64,000 nt of DNA, taken from the NCBI GenBank assembly GCA_030390025.1, contig JASTWF010000093.1:310001-374000 (forward strand), read 5' to 3'. A program made the position numbers and the translations under genes. The stretch's first letter is position 1. Every line of letters begins with the position of its first letter. This document shows, piece by piece, positions 44,791 to 58,417 of the stretch. The stretch is from Squalus acanthias (Eukaryota). The notes under the pieces are model-generated. The model was not told where the DNA came from and ran no database searches. It saw only the letters and a program-made list of their open reading frames with translations.

Positions 44791-45419
44791 GGAAACCTTT
44801 TTAGCTGATTGCTTGTGCGCGCTCCCTCCCTCTTTCCCTCTCGCTCTCTCACGCGCTCGCTCTCTTTCCTCGGCTCATTTCCTTGTAGCACGTTCTGCTG
44901 CTGGGTCGGCCTGCTGGCCAAATTGGGGCCACGCGGGCGGCTTTTATCAATGTGCAGAAAGGCCCACATCTTGTTCTGGTCTGAATTGGGCAAAGGCGGC
45001 TTGAATTGGGTTGTGGGCTTGAGCCTGTTTTAAGCAGCCGGGCCTGGGAGAGGAGAAAAAGCTGCTCCCTAATTGTGTGTATTTTGAGGCAGGAAGGAGC
45101 AGCGTTTTTACAGCAGTGAGTGAGTGGGTGAGCGAGGTAAGGAAGGGTGGAGCTAATGGAGTTTTGAAGGTTGAGGCAAGGGGAAGGCAATGAAGGGTAG
45201 GGCTTGTAGTTTGTGTGTGTGGGGAAGCCTGAGTATCAAGAGAGCAAGGTGGGGAAGGTGGGAAAGGAATATAAAAGGAAACACAAGCTAGACGACAGGA
45301 CTGCAAGTGTTTGGGTAAAGGGAAAGCCAATCAACAGATGCCTACCCTACTACTCTGAAAACACCCGATCGTGCCATGAAGGAAAGCTCTGTTTTATAAG
45401 GGTAGTAATACAGAGGTTG

Positions 45420-47975
45420 GGGATGGCATTAAATGGGAAATTAGAGAAGCGTGCAATAAGAGCACAGCAGTTATTATGGGCGACTTTAATCTACATATAG
45501 ATTGGGCTAACCAAATTAGTAACAATACTGTGGAGGAGGAATTCCTGGAGTGTATACGGGATGGTTTCCTGGACCAATATGTCGAGGACCCAACTAGAGA
45601 TCAGGCCATCTTAGACTGGGTATTATGTAATGAGAAAGGATTAATTAGTAATCTTGTTGTGCGAGGCCCCTTGGGTCGGAGGGATCATAATATGATCGAA
45701 TTCTTCATTAAGATGGAGAGTGAAGTAGTTGACTTAGAGACTAGGGTCCTGAATTTAAATAAAGGAAACTGCAATGGTATGAGGCGCGAGTTGGGTAGGA
45801 TTGATTGGGGAATGTCACTCAAAGGGTTGACGGTGGAGAGGCAATGGCAAGCATTCAAAGATCGCATGAATGAACTACAGAATTTGTTCATCCCAGTTTG
45901 GCATAAAAATAAAACAAAAAAGGTGACTCAACCGTGGCTAACAAAGGAAATTAGGGATAGCATAAGATCCAAGGAAAGGACATATAAATTGGCCAGAAAA
46001 AGCAGAAAACCTGAGGATTGGGAGCAGTATAGGATTCAGCAAAGAAGGACAAAGGGATTAATTAAGAGGGGGAAAATAGAGTATGAGAGTAAGCTTGCGA
46101 GGAACATAAAAACTGACTGTAAAAGCTTTTATAGATATGTGAAGAGAAAAAGATTGGTGAAGTCAAGCGTAGGTCCCTTGCAGTCAGAATCAGGGGAATT
46201 TATAATGGGGAACAAAGAAATGACAGTCCAATTAAATACATACTTTGGTTCTGTCTTCACAAAGGAGGACACAAATAACCTCCCAGAGATGTCGGGGAAC
46301 ATAGGGTCTAATGAGAAGGAGGAACTGAAAGAAATCAGTAATTGTAGGGAAATAGTGTTAGGGAAATTGACGGGATTGAAGGCCGATAAATCCCCAGGGC
46401 CTGATAATCTACATCCTAGGGTACTTAAGGAAGTGGCCCTAGAAATAGTAGATGCATTGCTGGTCATCTTCCAAAATTCTATAGACTCTGGAACAGTACC
46501 CATGGATTGGAGGGTAGCTAATGTTACCCCACTATTCAAAAAAGGTGGTAGAGAGAAAACGGGGAATGAAAGACCAGTAAGCCTGACATCGGTAGTGGGG
46601 AAAATGCTAGAGTCCATTATAAAAGATGTAATAGCAGAGCACTTGGAAAACAGTGACAGGATCGGACAAAGTCAACATGGATTTACAAAAGGCAAATCGT
46701 GCTTGACTAATCTACTGGAATTTTTTGAGGATGTAACTGGTAAAATGGATAAGGGAGAACCAGTGGATGTGGTGTATTTGGACTTTCAGAAGGCTTTCGA
46801 TAAGGTCCCGCATAAGAGATTAGTGTGTAAAGTTAAAGCACATGGGATTGGGGGCAAGGTATTGACTTGGATAGAGAACTGGTTGGCAGACAGAAAGCAA
46901 AGAGTTGGAATAAATGGGTCTTTTTCCGAGTGGCAGGCAGTGACTAGTGGGGTACCGCAGGGATCGGTCCTAGGACCCCAGCTATTCACAATATATATTA
47001 ATGATCTGGACGATGGAATTGGATGTAATATCTCCAAGTTTGCAGACGACACAAAGCTGGGTGGGAGTGTGTGCCGTGAGGAGGATGCCGAGAAACTCCA
47101 GTATGATTTGGACAGGTTGGGGGATTGGGCAGAAGCATGGCAGATGCAATATAATGTGGATAAATGCGAGGTTATCCACTTTGGTGTCAAAAACAGGAAG
47201 GAAGATTATTATCTGAATGGCAATAGATTGGGAAAAGGGGAAGTGCAACGAGACCTGGGTGTCCTTGTGCACCAATCGCTGAAGGTAAGCATGCAGGTGC
47301 AGCAGGCGGTTAAGAAGGCAAATGGTATGTTGGCCTTCGTAGCGAAAGGGATCGAGTACAGGAACAAGGATGTCTTGCTGCAGTTGTACAGGGCCTTGGT
47401 GAGACCACACCTTGAGTATTGTGTGCAGTTTTGGTCGCCTTATCTGAGGAAGGATGTTCTTGCCATGGAGGGAGTGCAGCGAAGATTCACCAGGCTGATA
47501 CCCGGGATGGCAGGAATGGCATATGAGGAGAGATTGGGTCGATTGGGCTTATACTCACTGGAGTTTAGAAGAATGAGAGGGGATCTCATTGAAACTTATA
47601 AAATTCTAACAGGACTAGACAGATTAGATGCAGGAAGGATGTTCCCGATGGCCGGGGAGTCCAGAACCAGGGGTCACAGTCTAAGGATAAGGGGTAAGCC
47701 ATTTAGGACTGAGATGAGGAGGAATTTCTTCACCCAGAGAGTGGTAAACCTGTGGAATTCTCTACCACAGAAGGCAGTAGAGGCCAATTCATTAAATATA
47801 TTCAAGAAGGAGTTAGATATATTTCTTAAAACTAAAGGGATCAAGGGATATGGAGAGAAGGCAGGGACAGGGTACTGAATTTGGATGATCAGCCATGATC
47901 TCATTGAATGGCGGAGCAGGCTCGAGGGGCTGAATGGCCTACTCCTGTTCCTATCTTCTATGTTTCTATGTTTCT
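45420..47975 (+). mobile_element. Young 5'-truncated CR1 LINE with an uninterrupted 800-aa ORF2 segment (45476-47878)
   Basis: MGDFN, DHNMIEF, SPGPD, QHGF, LDFQKAFD, GVPQGSVLGP and FADD; (TTTCTATG)n tail. Confidence 0.93.
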
Positions 47976-48910
47976 ATAAATCTGAAAGAGTATTTTAAAT
48001 ATAGACTAAAAGAGCATTATGAGGCTTTGTGGTTCCATTATTCTGAAAGGAATTTAAGGATGGTATTTTTTAATCAGTACTTGAAGTTCAATAGATTAAT
48101 ACATGTCGTAGGAGGCGAATTGAACTTTAATTTTTGAAGCTAATTATGATACAAAGGAATGATCACAATATTGTAACTGGCCCAACTTTTTTGGTAAGAA
48201 TAAAAATGAGGTTGTCAGCGCTCACCGTTATAGAGTAAATTGGACAGCAACTTCCAGCCTCCGCACATGTGCAATTAAACACCTCACTGCGAGATTCGGC
48301 ATTCAAACACGTGAATGGCGTGAAGTTGCAATACTTACCCACTAAATACACCAGAAAGTGTTAGGGCTGGTGCATTCAGGTGTAAGTGAATTTTTAACAG
48401 CGTAATAAGTCTTAATTACTGCCAAACAACCATTCTGCCCCATAAAATTTATGTTTACAAGTGTGGAGTCTCATTCCTTCTGATTTTAATTATTGTTGGA
48501 GATTTTTTAAAAATTCAAATTTTTTAAAACTTTTTCTTTCTGTCTCTTTTATCTCTCTCTTAATCCCATCTTTTTTTCCCTCTCTTTATTTTGCTTGCTG
48601 TGCATAATTTTACATTGAATTAAATATTCTAACTTACACTTCTTGGTTTAGACTCGGCCTGAGAATTCTTCAATCTGATTGGTTGAGGAGACACGTTGTT
48701 GCTTGCTCTGTTCACACACGCCCCAGATCTCCTGTAGAGGGCGTCGTGCTGTTTCAGACACCCGATGACCGTAGGTTGCCACTCAAAAGTCTGTCGGTAG
48801 CTGCAAGCATAATGAACGGTGAACGCTGCTCTTTTGCCGCTGAGAGCAAAATCCGCGCCAATGTGTTTAACGTTGGTTTAATTTAATAAATAAATATTTT
48901 TTAAAAACAA

Positions 48911-48998
48911 TGCCCAATCTCCGATGCTAGGCAGAGGCGGGCCTGGGTTAGTACCTACTTGGGAGACCTCCTGGGAATACCAGGTGCAGTAGGCTTTT
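48911..48998 (+). pseudogene. 5'-truncated, degenerate 5S rRNA pseudogene
   Basis: GCTAGGCAGAGGCGGGCCTGGGTTAGTAC..GGGAGACCTCCTGGGAATACCAGGTGCAGTAGGCTTTT matches the 3' two-thirds of vertebrate 5S rRNA, including the T4 terminator. Confidence 0.85.
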
Positions 48999-49159
48999 CT
49001 TGCCAGCAGAGGCTGCTCTCAGCTCTGTACATTCACACTGCCTTCAATCACCAGCCTTTTTGCTGCTCGCTCCTGCACTCACTCTCTCTTTCTCGCTCTC
49101 TTTCTCCTTCCTTTGCTGCATATCCTGTTGCTGGCAGACATAGGGAAGGGGGCTGAGAT

Positions 49160-50565
49160 AGAGTGGCATCATCAGAACAGATGCGGCGGAGATGGAGAAA
49201 CTGGGAGAATGGAATAGAATCCTTACAGGAAGCGGGGAGACTCAGTGGGTTTGTAGTGGATGTTGGTCAATAGCCTATCCCCAGAAATGGAGACAGAGAA
49301 GTCGAGGAAGGGAAAGGAAGATTCGTAGATGGACCATGTGAAGGTGAGGGAAGGGTGGAAATTGGAAGCAATGTGAATGAAATTTTCCAGTTCAGGGCGA
49401 GAGCAGGAAACGGCACCAATACAGTCATCTGTTCTGACGATGCCACCTTCCATACTAGTGCATCCGATATGTCTTCCTTTTTCCTCAATCGAGGATTCAC
49501 CTCTACCGTGGTTGACATGGCCCTTGACCGTGTCTGTTCCATTTCCCGCACTTCTGCTCTCACCCCTTCCCCTCCCTCCCAGAACCACGATAGGGTTCCC
49601 CTTGTCCTCACCTTTCACCCCACCAGCCTCCACATTCAACGGGTCATCCTGCACCATTTCCACCACCTCCAGCGTGATCCCACCACCAAACACAGCTTCC
49701 CCTTCCCCCCCCCCCCCTTTCATCATTCTGACGGGACCACTCCCTCTGTGACACCCTGGTCCACTCCTCTGTCACCCCCAACACCCCTTCCCGTGGCACC
49801 TTCCCGTGCAAGCGCAGGAGATGCAACACCTGCCCTTTTACCTCCTCCCTTCACACCGTCCAGGTCCCCAAACACTCCTTCCAGGTGAAGAAGCAATTTA
49901 CTTGTACTTCTTACAATTTAGTATACTGTATTCGCTGCTCACGATGCGGTCTCCTCTACATTGGGGAGACCAAACGAAGATTGGGTGAGCTTCCGGTCAC
50001 CTGTTACTTTAATTCTCTGCCCCACTCCCACTCTGATCTCTCCAGCCTCGGCCTCTTACACTGTTCCAACGAAGCTCAACGTAAGCTTGAGGAACAGCAC
50101 CTCATCTTTCGATTAGGCACTTTACAGCCTTCTGGACTCAACATCGAGTTCAACAATTTCAGACTATAACCTCGACCCCTATATTTTTTCCCCCTTTTTT
50201 CTCACATGGTAGCTGTTGATGATTCTACCATCGCCATTTACACCTCATCTAGAGTCATCTTTTGTTTCTTAACTTGTCCCATTACCTTCTCCTTTTGTCT
50301 TGCACCATCATCCCTTTTGTCAGTCAATCTCTCCTGCCTTCCAGCCTATCACAGTCCCTCCCTTTGTTCTTTCCTCCCCTCCTCCCTTTCCCTGCCCCTG
50401 CTTAAAAATCTGTTACGTCTGTAACCTTTTCCAGTTCTGACGAAGGGTCCTCGACCCGAAACATTAACTCTGTTTCTCTCTCCTCGATGCTGCCTGACCT
50501 GCTGAGTGTTTCCAGCATTTTCTGTTGTTATTTCAGATTGCCAGCATCCTCAGTATTTTGCTATT
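49160..50565 (+). mobile_element. Penelope family 2 fragment with 5' inversion and a hammerhead motif at 50433-50469
   Basis: NLVYCIRC..LYIGET..GLNIEF; 49160-49425 is inverted; aguu-CUGACGA-A-GGGUC(cuc)GACCC-GAAA-CAUU-aacu. Confidence 0.85.
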
Positions 50566-50589
50566 GGACTGTGTTAAGCCCGGCCGACA

Positions 50590-51500
50590 CTTCAAAAGGC
50601 TTTTGATAATTAAACTCAAGGCTGAGGGGGTTCAGGGTAAACTTTGAGAATGGAGAAGTAACTGGCTGAAGGATAGGAAACAGTAAGTGTTCATCAGAGG
50701 AGTTGGTAAATGACCTGGATTCAGAAACTCAATGCAAAGTGGTCAGATTTATGGGTGATACCAAACTAGGAGAAGCAGTGGATTTGGAAGAGGCAGCTTA
50801 GAAATTACAGGGCGAGATGGACAACATATGCAAGTGGGCAGAGCAATGGCAGATGAAATATAATGCAGACAAATGCTACACACAGGAAGGAAAGATAGAC
50901 AACATGTATAGTGCATGAATGGTGTTGAAATTGCTAAGAATGAAACTGAAAGAGAACATGGAGTCTTGCTAGACTCTACGATAAATATGGCCAACCAAGG
51001 CAGAGCGGTTAGCAGCAAAGCCGACACAATGTTGAATTATACAGCCCAAAAATGGTAGAATATAATGAAGAGGAATGAGCGATCAAAATTTATAGTGTCT
51101 TTGTTCACCCAAACCTTGAATACTACATCCCATTCTGGTCACCCAGAAGCAAGAGACAGCCAAATGCTGAAGGCGGTGCAGAGAAGAGCCACAAGACTGA
51201 TTCTGAGGTGTCAGGGCTTTGAACTGAGGGTAAAGACTGGGTTTTTTCCCCACCTAGAAAGTGGCAGCTGAAAGATCATTTTAGAGGCATATAGATTGCT
51301 ACGGGTATAGAAAAATTTAACCCAGAATGTGACTTTAAATTAAGTTGCCGAAGTAGATCTAGAGGACACAGGTTCAGGCTAGTAAAAGGTAGTTTTAGGA
51401 CAAGTATTAGGAAATTCATCTTCATTGTGATCAACATGTGGAATAAACTTCCAGAGAAAGTGAAGGTAAAAATCCTAGAATCGCTTAAAACAATTGGATG
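50590..51500 (+). mobile_element. Old, degenerate CR1-like LINE 3' region
   Basis: Remnants of KWAEQWQMKYNADKC and VQRRATRLI. Confidence 0.6.
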
Positions 51501-52644
51501 GTACAATGGGAGTTGCTGTATAAACCGTATTTAACAGATACAAGGACCCATGAGTCAGTGACACAATGACAGATGTTTGTTGATATTTGCCGGGCACTTA
51601 GACTACGAGTAAGCGATATAGGTCTATATGCTCACAAGTAGGAGGCCCATTGAAGACATACAAATACCCCTCATGTAGTTTGCAGCACTGGGACTCAATG
51701 CGCTCTGCTCATGTTGTTACAAGGTATAATGAATAGTTATACTACCCAGTTATGCCTTGGGTAAAAGTCACAGTAAGGGTTGTCTGCACCCACTGGCTTG
51801 TGCCCAGGCCCATATCCAAGTGTCTCCCCAAATTTGACTCAAATCTTCTACCCTTAACCTTTGCTGGGGTCCCCTTCTTATACCATGACTTTCAATTCAA
51901 ATCTCGGACGTTCCCTTGGACCCATCACTCAACATTCCTTTCCCTTTCCATAGGGTCTCTCATGTCACCTGACCTGACCCAGTCCTTCCTTTTTGTAAAT
52001 TTCCACAGCAGATAAGCTATTTCAAGAACTTTGGTTCTGCATGTAGGCCCCTTCTCTATGTCTGATTTCTATGGTTCAGCAGATCCCTAACACCACATTC
52101 ATCTGTGTCCTGTAATTCTCAAACCATTATAACCTCGTGATCGATCCTACACTACCCTTTCAAGACACTATTGTTTAGCTGTGTGTATATCGTGATAGAA
52201 GGTTTCTTCTTCAGTCAAGCTAGCCATTATTTTCCCCATCTAGCCTTCTGCTAAGTTAGTTACTTTGGCCTGTAATCTAATTATGATTTTATATATACAC
52301 ATGCATGTAGACAAAGGTATTAATATGCAAATTAACTATAATCTCACATGTGACAAAATTGTAACTGCCTCTCACCTATAGTGTCCAACCTTTCTTTTTA
52401 CTGCAGTCTTTCTTGCTTTTATTTTATCAATACTGCTATGCTCAGCACTTCCTTGAACTCACCTCTCTTGTTCCTCATTAACTGCAAATTCGCTGGCATA
52501 CAAACTCTTCCTTCTCCTGGCATTGCACTGAAATCAAGATTAATTTCACTGTTTTCCAACTCTAACTAGTTATCTGGAGTTTAAAACCCAGCACGAGACA
52601 CTTCCCCACATGGAGGGAGAGAAATCAAGCTGCATCACTGGCAT

Positions 52645-53150
52645 TTTGTTTTTTATTCATTCATGGGATGTGGGCATCACGGGCAAGGCCAGCATTTATT
52701 GCCCATCCCTAATTGCCCTGGAGAAGCTGGTGGTGAGCCGCCTTCTTGAACCGTTGCAGTCCGTGTGGTGAAGGTGCTCCCACAGTGCTGTTAGGGAGGG
52801 AGTTCCAGGATTTTGACCCAGCGACGATGCAGGAGCAGTGATATATTTCCAAGTCAGGATGCTGTGTGACTTGGAGGGGAACTTGGAGGTAGTGGTGTTA
52901 CCATGCGCCTACTGCCCTTGTCCTTCCAGGTGGAAGTGGTCGCGGGTTTGGGAGGTGCTGCCGAAGAAGCCTTGGCCAGTTACTACAGTGCATCTTGTAG
53001 ATGGTACACACTGCAGCCACGGTATGCCAGTGGTGGAGTGAATGTGTAAGGTGGTGGATGGGGTGCCAATCAAGTGGGCTGCTCTGACCTGGATGGTGTC
53101 GAGCTTCTTGAGTGTTGTTGGAGCTGCACTCATCCAGGCAAGTGGAAGTA
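52645..53150 (-). mobile_element. LINE 3' end whose tail is shared with the SINE at 55310-55710
   Basis: Minus-strand WMSAAPTTLKKLDTIQ; tail GGGCAATTAGGGATGGGCAATAAATGC..CCCATGAATGAATAAAA. Confidence 0.65.
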
Positions 53151-53982
53151 ATGAGGGGATAAACGATAGTGTGAATGCTTACTACTAAAAAGTACAACAT
53201 CTTCAATCTTAGTCTTTCCATCCCCAGACAAAAACACTTGTCTCAAAATAGAAGTTATATGAACAATCGCCGCTTAAATTTCACCATTAAAAATCTATTT
53301 ACATCTACATCACTGTTCCCTAGATAGTCACAAAAAGAATCACAAGGGGGGTAGTGTAGAAATGACTTTGAATTATCCTTTGTATGAGTGTCATGGTGCT
53401 ATCAAATGCAGTAGTGGATTTGTGTGTTTCTATTCATTCACGTATCCAAGACAAACTCATTGCAGGCTTTTTTTAAAAATTCACGGGAAATTGCACCACA
53501 TCCAGAAGTACAGGTAGCAGGCTGTGTCTGGAAGAATTCCAGATATTTCAATTTTCTACCCAAACTACAATTTTACAATCAGAATCTCCAATTATTCGTA
53601 CCAACTGCTTGTGCTCTCATTCAAGTTTTATCCATGAGCTAAATAAATGGAGAGTGCATCCCACGTACCAACCATACATCAGGAGTCTCCACTTACTTTT
53701 TAAAATTGTTTCTGGTCTCTATGTAAAACAACATAGCTAAATGTCATTTATAAATATATATTATTTCTGTATAACACGAGAGCTGGAAAAATCCCTGGTG
53801 TGAAAAAAGTGACAAAAATGCGAGTCACCCTGCCACAGAAAATAAATTTTGCACCTTCACTAATTTCCTCTCCCTTCAGAAGCTTATAGATCCACCACTG
53901 ACAACTGCAAGATGGAGCAAATATGCAGAAAAAGTTAATAAATTCTTCAAGTTCATTAATTTATATAAAAAATAATGCTTAC

Positions 53983-54108
53983 CTGTTGCGAAAACAAACA
54001 GAAGAACTGATAAATACTGAGGTGTAATAAAACAGACACTCTCAAACCAATTCAAGAGCAGCATAGGTCGAGGTGCCTGGGAACAGGTCCCCTTCCTGCC
54101 ATCCTGTT
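53983..54108 (-). pseudogene. Candidate hydrophobic exon of the second B7-like locus (TM/GPI-like or leader)
   Basis: TTTCCAG acceptor and GTAAGC donor, 126 nt, phase 1-1; EQDGRKGTCSQAPRPMLLLNWFESVCFITPQYLSVLLFVFAT. Confidence 0.4.
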
Positions 54109-55309
54109 CTGGAAATGCATTTTTATTTTCCCCATTCTATACTGTATGAGTGAATTATCATAAGGGAAAGAAAGAGCATTAAAAAGCATCCTGAAAGAAG
54201 CAACATTTGTGAAGGTGGCATTGGCAAAAAAACTGCCTTTTGCCTTGTAGAAATGCCAAATTCTGTGCTCCCGGCAGGAAAGCCACACTGAAAGGGATCA
54301 GAAGTTGGGGGAGGAGAGATACTGCACTGTAGCCCCAATTCTCTGATCGCCCCCCCCCCCCACAAATTGAACTTTCCAAGTGTTTTTCGTCAGCTCAATT
54401 GCTACAGCACTGTGAAGAGCTGTTATAGCATTAAGTCACAGCAATGAATATCCCCCCCTGCTGAAACAGGTACGATCCACCCATGGACAGTTTGTTGAAA
54501 GACATATCGGCCCGTATTTTGCGAGGCCCACGGGTGCGTACGAGGTGCCCAGGAGTCCTCAGGATGAAAGCACTAACTCTCCGTGCGCGCAGAGACTGAA
54601 GGCAAGTGCGCATCTCTTTTGCTGGTCGGAGGCTTCTGTTCGCAGGAAGCCTCTGATCGGGATTTCAGGCCCATCAGGTCATGAAGTATAGTTTTGGTGG
54701 ATCGTACTTTCTGCCCAAGACATTTTTCTTGTAAACCAATGCTAGAATTAGAATTATGATCATCAATCCAGGTGTTATCAGGGGAGCAAGCAGCATCCAT
54801 CGCTTTCTTGTAAAATCAGTTTGAATTTCTGTAAAATAAAAGTTACAGCAATGCTTTCAGTGCTAGTTTGAATTTCTTTGACAATACATTTTAAATGAAC
54901 AATTTGACTTCAAAAATGCTGATTGTATGATGCATAAAATGTGACATTGAATAAGCTGGTACTAAATTAGAAGTTACAGATGTGGCTGAAAAGGATCAAA
55001 TATACTTTGTGTGACTAAGTTAGAACTCAATTTGTACATCAAATGGGAGGTTAGCAGTGGAAAACATTTCGGGGAGGATTTAGCCCCCCTCTGCTCTGGA
55101 GCAGAGTTAAAATGGAGGTGGTGTGCTCACTGCCCCATTCTCAATCCACTGGCATTTTGCTGGGGCCTTCTGCTGGGTGCCCCAGGCAACCACCTGAATC
55201 AGGTGCACGCCTCATTAGCCTATGCAAATCGGGGTCCTGTGAAATACATTCTCACTGGCTTTTTAAACCTGCTTATACATTTTAGGTAATTTACCCAACT
55301 GTTTACTAC

Positions 55310-55710
55310 GGGAATGGTAGCATTGTGGTTGTTACTGGACTAGTAATCCAGAGGCCTGGACTAATGATCCAGAGACATGAGTTCAAATCCCACTCATGGC
55401 AGCTGGGGAATTTAAATTCAGTTAATTAAATAAATCTGGAATAAAAAGCTAGTATCAGTACTGGTGACAATGAAGCTACCAGATTGTCATAAAAACCCAT
55501 TTGGTTCACTAATGTCCTTCAGGGAAGGATATCTGCCGTCCTTACCTGGTTTGGCCTATACTCCAGACCCACAGCAATGTGGTTGACTCTTAACTGCCCT
55601 CTGAAATGGCCTAGCAAGCCACTCAGTTGCCAAGAAGGTAGCTCATCAAGGGCAATTAGGGATGGGCAATAAATGCCAGCGATGCCCACATCCCATGAAT
55701 GAATAAAAAC
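55310..55710 (+). mobile_element. tRNA-derived SINE
   Basis: TGGTAGCATTGTGG A-box-like and GAGTTCAAATCC B-box; 3' tail shared with the LINE at 52645-53150. Confidence 0.7.
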
Positions 55711-55982
55711 CAAACATTTTGAACTGCCACCTTGGCAGAGTGTCTGCTCAGTAAAACTCGGTGGTACAGAAGCAGCCCAAAAAAGGTAAATGATTTTTGT
55801 GGCCAGGTGAAGGAGCACTTCTCCCGGCTCCACAAGAATGATGTGGGCCACTGTCACTACCTCTCCACCCTGCTTCCCATGATCACAACCCCCCTCATGT
55901 CAGCTGCCAGATAGTTAATATCTAGGCCTTCTCCTATTTGGGGAAAAGATTCACTGCATAGGATCCAAATCAATTAACTTAC

Positions 55983-56264
55983 CCAACGAAAGAAATGTCC
56001 TGGAAAGGGACTGCTGCAGAACATCATTCCTTAATCTAAATGTGTAGTTTGAACTCTGACTGGTATCATTGGTTTGCAGAATACTCCGCAGTGAATACAG
56101 TCCATCTTCCTTAAGTTGAAACAAGGTCTCAGACAGGGCAGAAATATCCTGGTGTTTTTCATTGTACCAGAAAACAGTAGCTTTGGGGAAACCTTGGGAT
56201 TCAAAGGCGAAAGCTGTTCCATCTGGTGTTCATTTGATTATTAGGCTGGGTTCTGTGTAGTACG
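55983..56264 (-). pseudogene. Paralogous Cys-less IgC exon with a premature stop
   Basis: CCTCAG and GTAAGT sites, 282 nt; AYYTEPSLIIK*TPDGTAFAFESQGFPKATVFW..NYTFRLRNDVLQQ; TGA at 56230-56232. Confidence 0.87.
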
Positions 56265-57316
56265 CTGAGGAATTTAAAAAAAAGTAGTCAATAGACAAAG
56301 GAAATAAAATTCATCAAATACCATCTAAGATTTTAATCCCTGCTACCATTTTTGGGGGTGGGGGGAGGCGGAAATTGAAAAGCAACAATTTTCTCCTAAA
56401 GGCAGTAACTCATGCCAGAGCATGGTTCCACAAACACCAGCAGTCCTCCAGTACATCACACAAGTGGTCATTCTTCCCGTGTCATCTTAGATGGAGTGTT
56501 TGCGGGCAAATTGACCATTACATCAGAGCCCAATCCAGTCCTCACAGGACAGCTACTTCATGTAGCTTCCAGCGGGGATCAATGGATAGCAATCAAAAGC
56601 AGGAACCCTACCAGAGTTTTCTCTTCCTAGTTCATGGGCAGAGGCCAAATGAAGTGTTGCCCTGGTTAAGGTCAGGTAACCTGGGAACAAACTAGCTAAA
56701 ATCAAACCAGATACTCCTGGCTCTGTATATAGTAAGAATATAGCCACTACTCCAGCTAATCGAATTAGTAGGTCCATGTGTCCAGTGGCTTTTTAATACT
56801 TAAAAAAACCCCAAGATTTAGCTTCTGCCTTATCTTACAATGATACATCAATCATAGTAAGCATACAAGTGCCACGTGTCAGTGTACTTAAATAAGTCAG
56901 CTTGTTGGATGGAACCTGGAGGTTGTTTCCAGTGTTTTTAATATTATTGTCTAAAAATATATATATACACACACTCAGTTGTTGAGTATATTCAACAGAT
57001 CGATAGATTTTTGGATACTAAGGGAATCAAGGGGTATGGGGATAGTGCGGGAAAGTGGAGTAGAAGTAGAGATCAGCCATAATCTTATTGAAGGGCAGAG
57101 CAGGCTCGAAGGCATTGTCTTGTTTTTTTAAGGTTGCTCCGCTACACTATTGATTTAATAAAAATTTAAACACTCAAAAATAGCAACTGATTTCAATTGC
57201 GTGAAAAGGACTTATACCAGTTATACTGAAATGGATACTGAAATCATACATTAAACAACGGTTTTAATCTACAACACTGGAAGAAAAAAAAAGTCAAGAT
57301 GCAAATTAAAACATAC

Positions 57317-57816
57317 CGGCAAAATTTAGAGACACAATTCCTGTACTATTTTCTATTGGAGTGCTGATAAAGCACATGTACTGTCCAGCATCCTTTGGTC
57401 TGACTCCTTCTAATTTTAGGGAAAAAAATGAGAAGTCGCACAACACCAGGTTATAGTCCAACAGTTTTATTTAAAATTACGAGCTTTAAATAAAACTGTT
57501 GGACTATAACCTGGTGTTGTGCGACTTCTCATTTTTTTCCACCCCAGTCCAACACCGGCATCTCCGCATCATAATTTTAGGGAAGCATTTCCCCATTTAA
57601 CCTCCTCTGGGAAAAGGCTCGCTCTCCCCAAATACTGCCGACTCTGCCGATCTTCTCTGCTGTTGGAACTGAAGATCACCTCTTTGGTCTCGACACGTTG
57701 CCAGATGATGATGATTTGGTCTAAGGAGTCACCAACGAGGAAGTGACACGGCAGGACTGTATTTTGACCATGGATGGCGAGTACGGCTTCTTCCCAAACA
57801 CTTACTTGTTGTTGAT
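57317..57816 (-). pseudogene. Paralogous IgV exon disrupted by a Penelope-derived hairpin insertion
   Basis: After removing the insert the frame is open: VLAIHGQNTVLPCHF..IIWQR..YLGRASLFPEEVKWGNASLKLEGVRPKDAGQYMCFI; AG and GT sites intact. Confidence 0.88.
57424..57571. mobile_element. 148-bp fold-back insertion made of Penelope family 1 terminal sequence
   Basis: 56-bp perfect inverted arms (57420-57475 and 57485-57540) with a 9-nt loop; 13-bp TSD TAATTTTAGGGAA at 57411-57423 and 57572-57584. Confidence 0.9.
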
Positions 57817-58417
57817 CTGTAAAATTGCAGATGGATTAACTACTCTTTTCATAGACAAATAATATATTTTAATCCATCACATTAAAAAACAGCATGGGCC
57901 TGAAATTCCTGCGGTATCCACTCCATCAAAGCAAGTGTTAGAGTGGAACATCCGTCCACCTTTGCAGAATTTAATTGGCCAGTGTAAACAGGGCAGAATT
58001 CCAATGTGTAGGTTCTGCCCCAAATTTCTGGCCAAGGGTAGAAAAATCAGGCTTTCTGCCCTCTCCCTGTCCCAGGAATTTCAGGGCCTTGCTCTTGCAG
58101 AAAGATTATGCCTCACTTTTGCAATTTGGAAAATGCACAGCATCAATGGGAGACATTTGTCAGACCTCGACAGCAAAATACTATCAGCTATATTACTAAT
58201 ACAGGTCTTGAATTCATGCTCAGCACCAAGCAGACTTCCCAGCATTAACCATTGCAAAACAAACATGTTTACCGCGCTGGTAAACCAGGGCATTCTGGTT
58301 TGTATTTGTTCTTGTGCAGTACTTTTTCCTCCTATCAGATGAACCCAGACTTTAAAAGTACAGAAGGTTGCAAAAGTTACTAACAAGTTATTGAAATTGC
58401 AAGAGTTACTAGCAATA

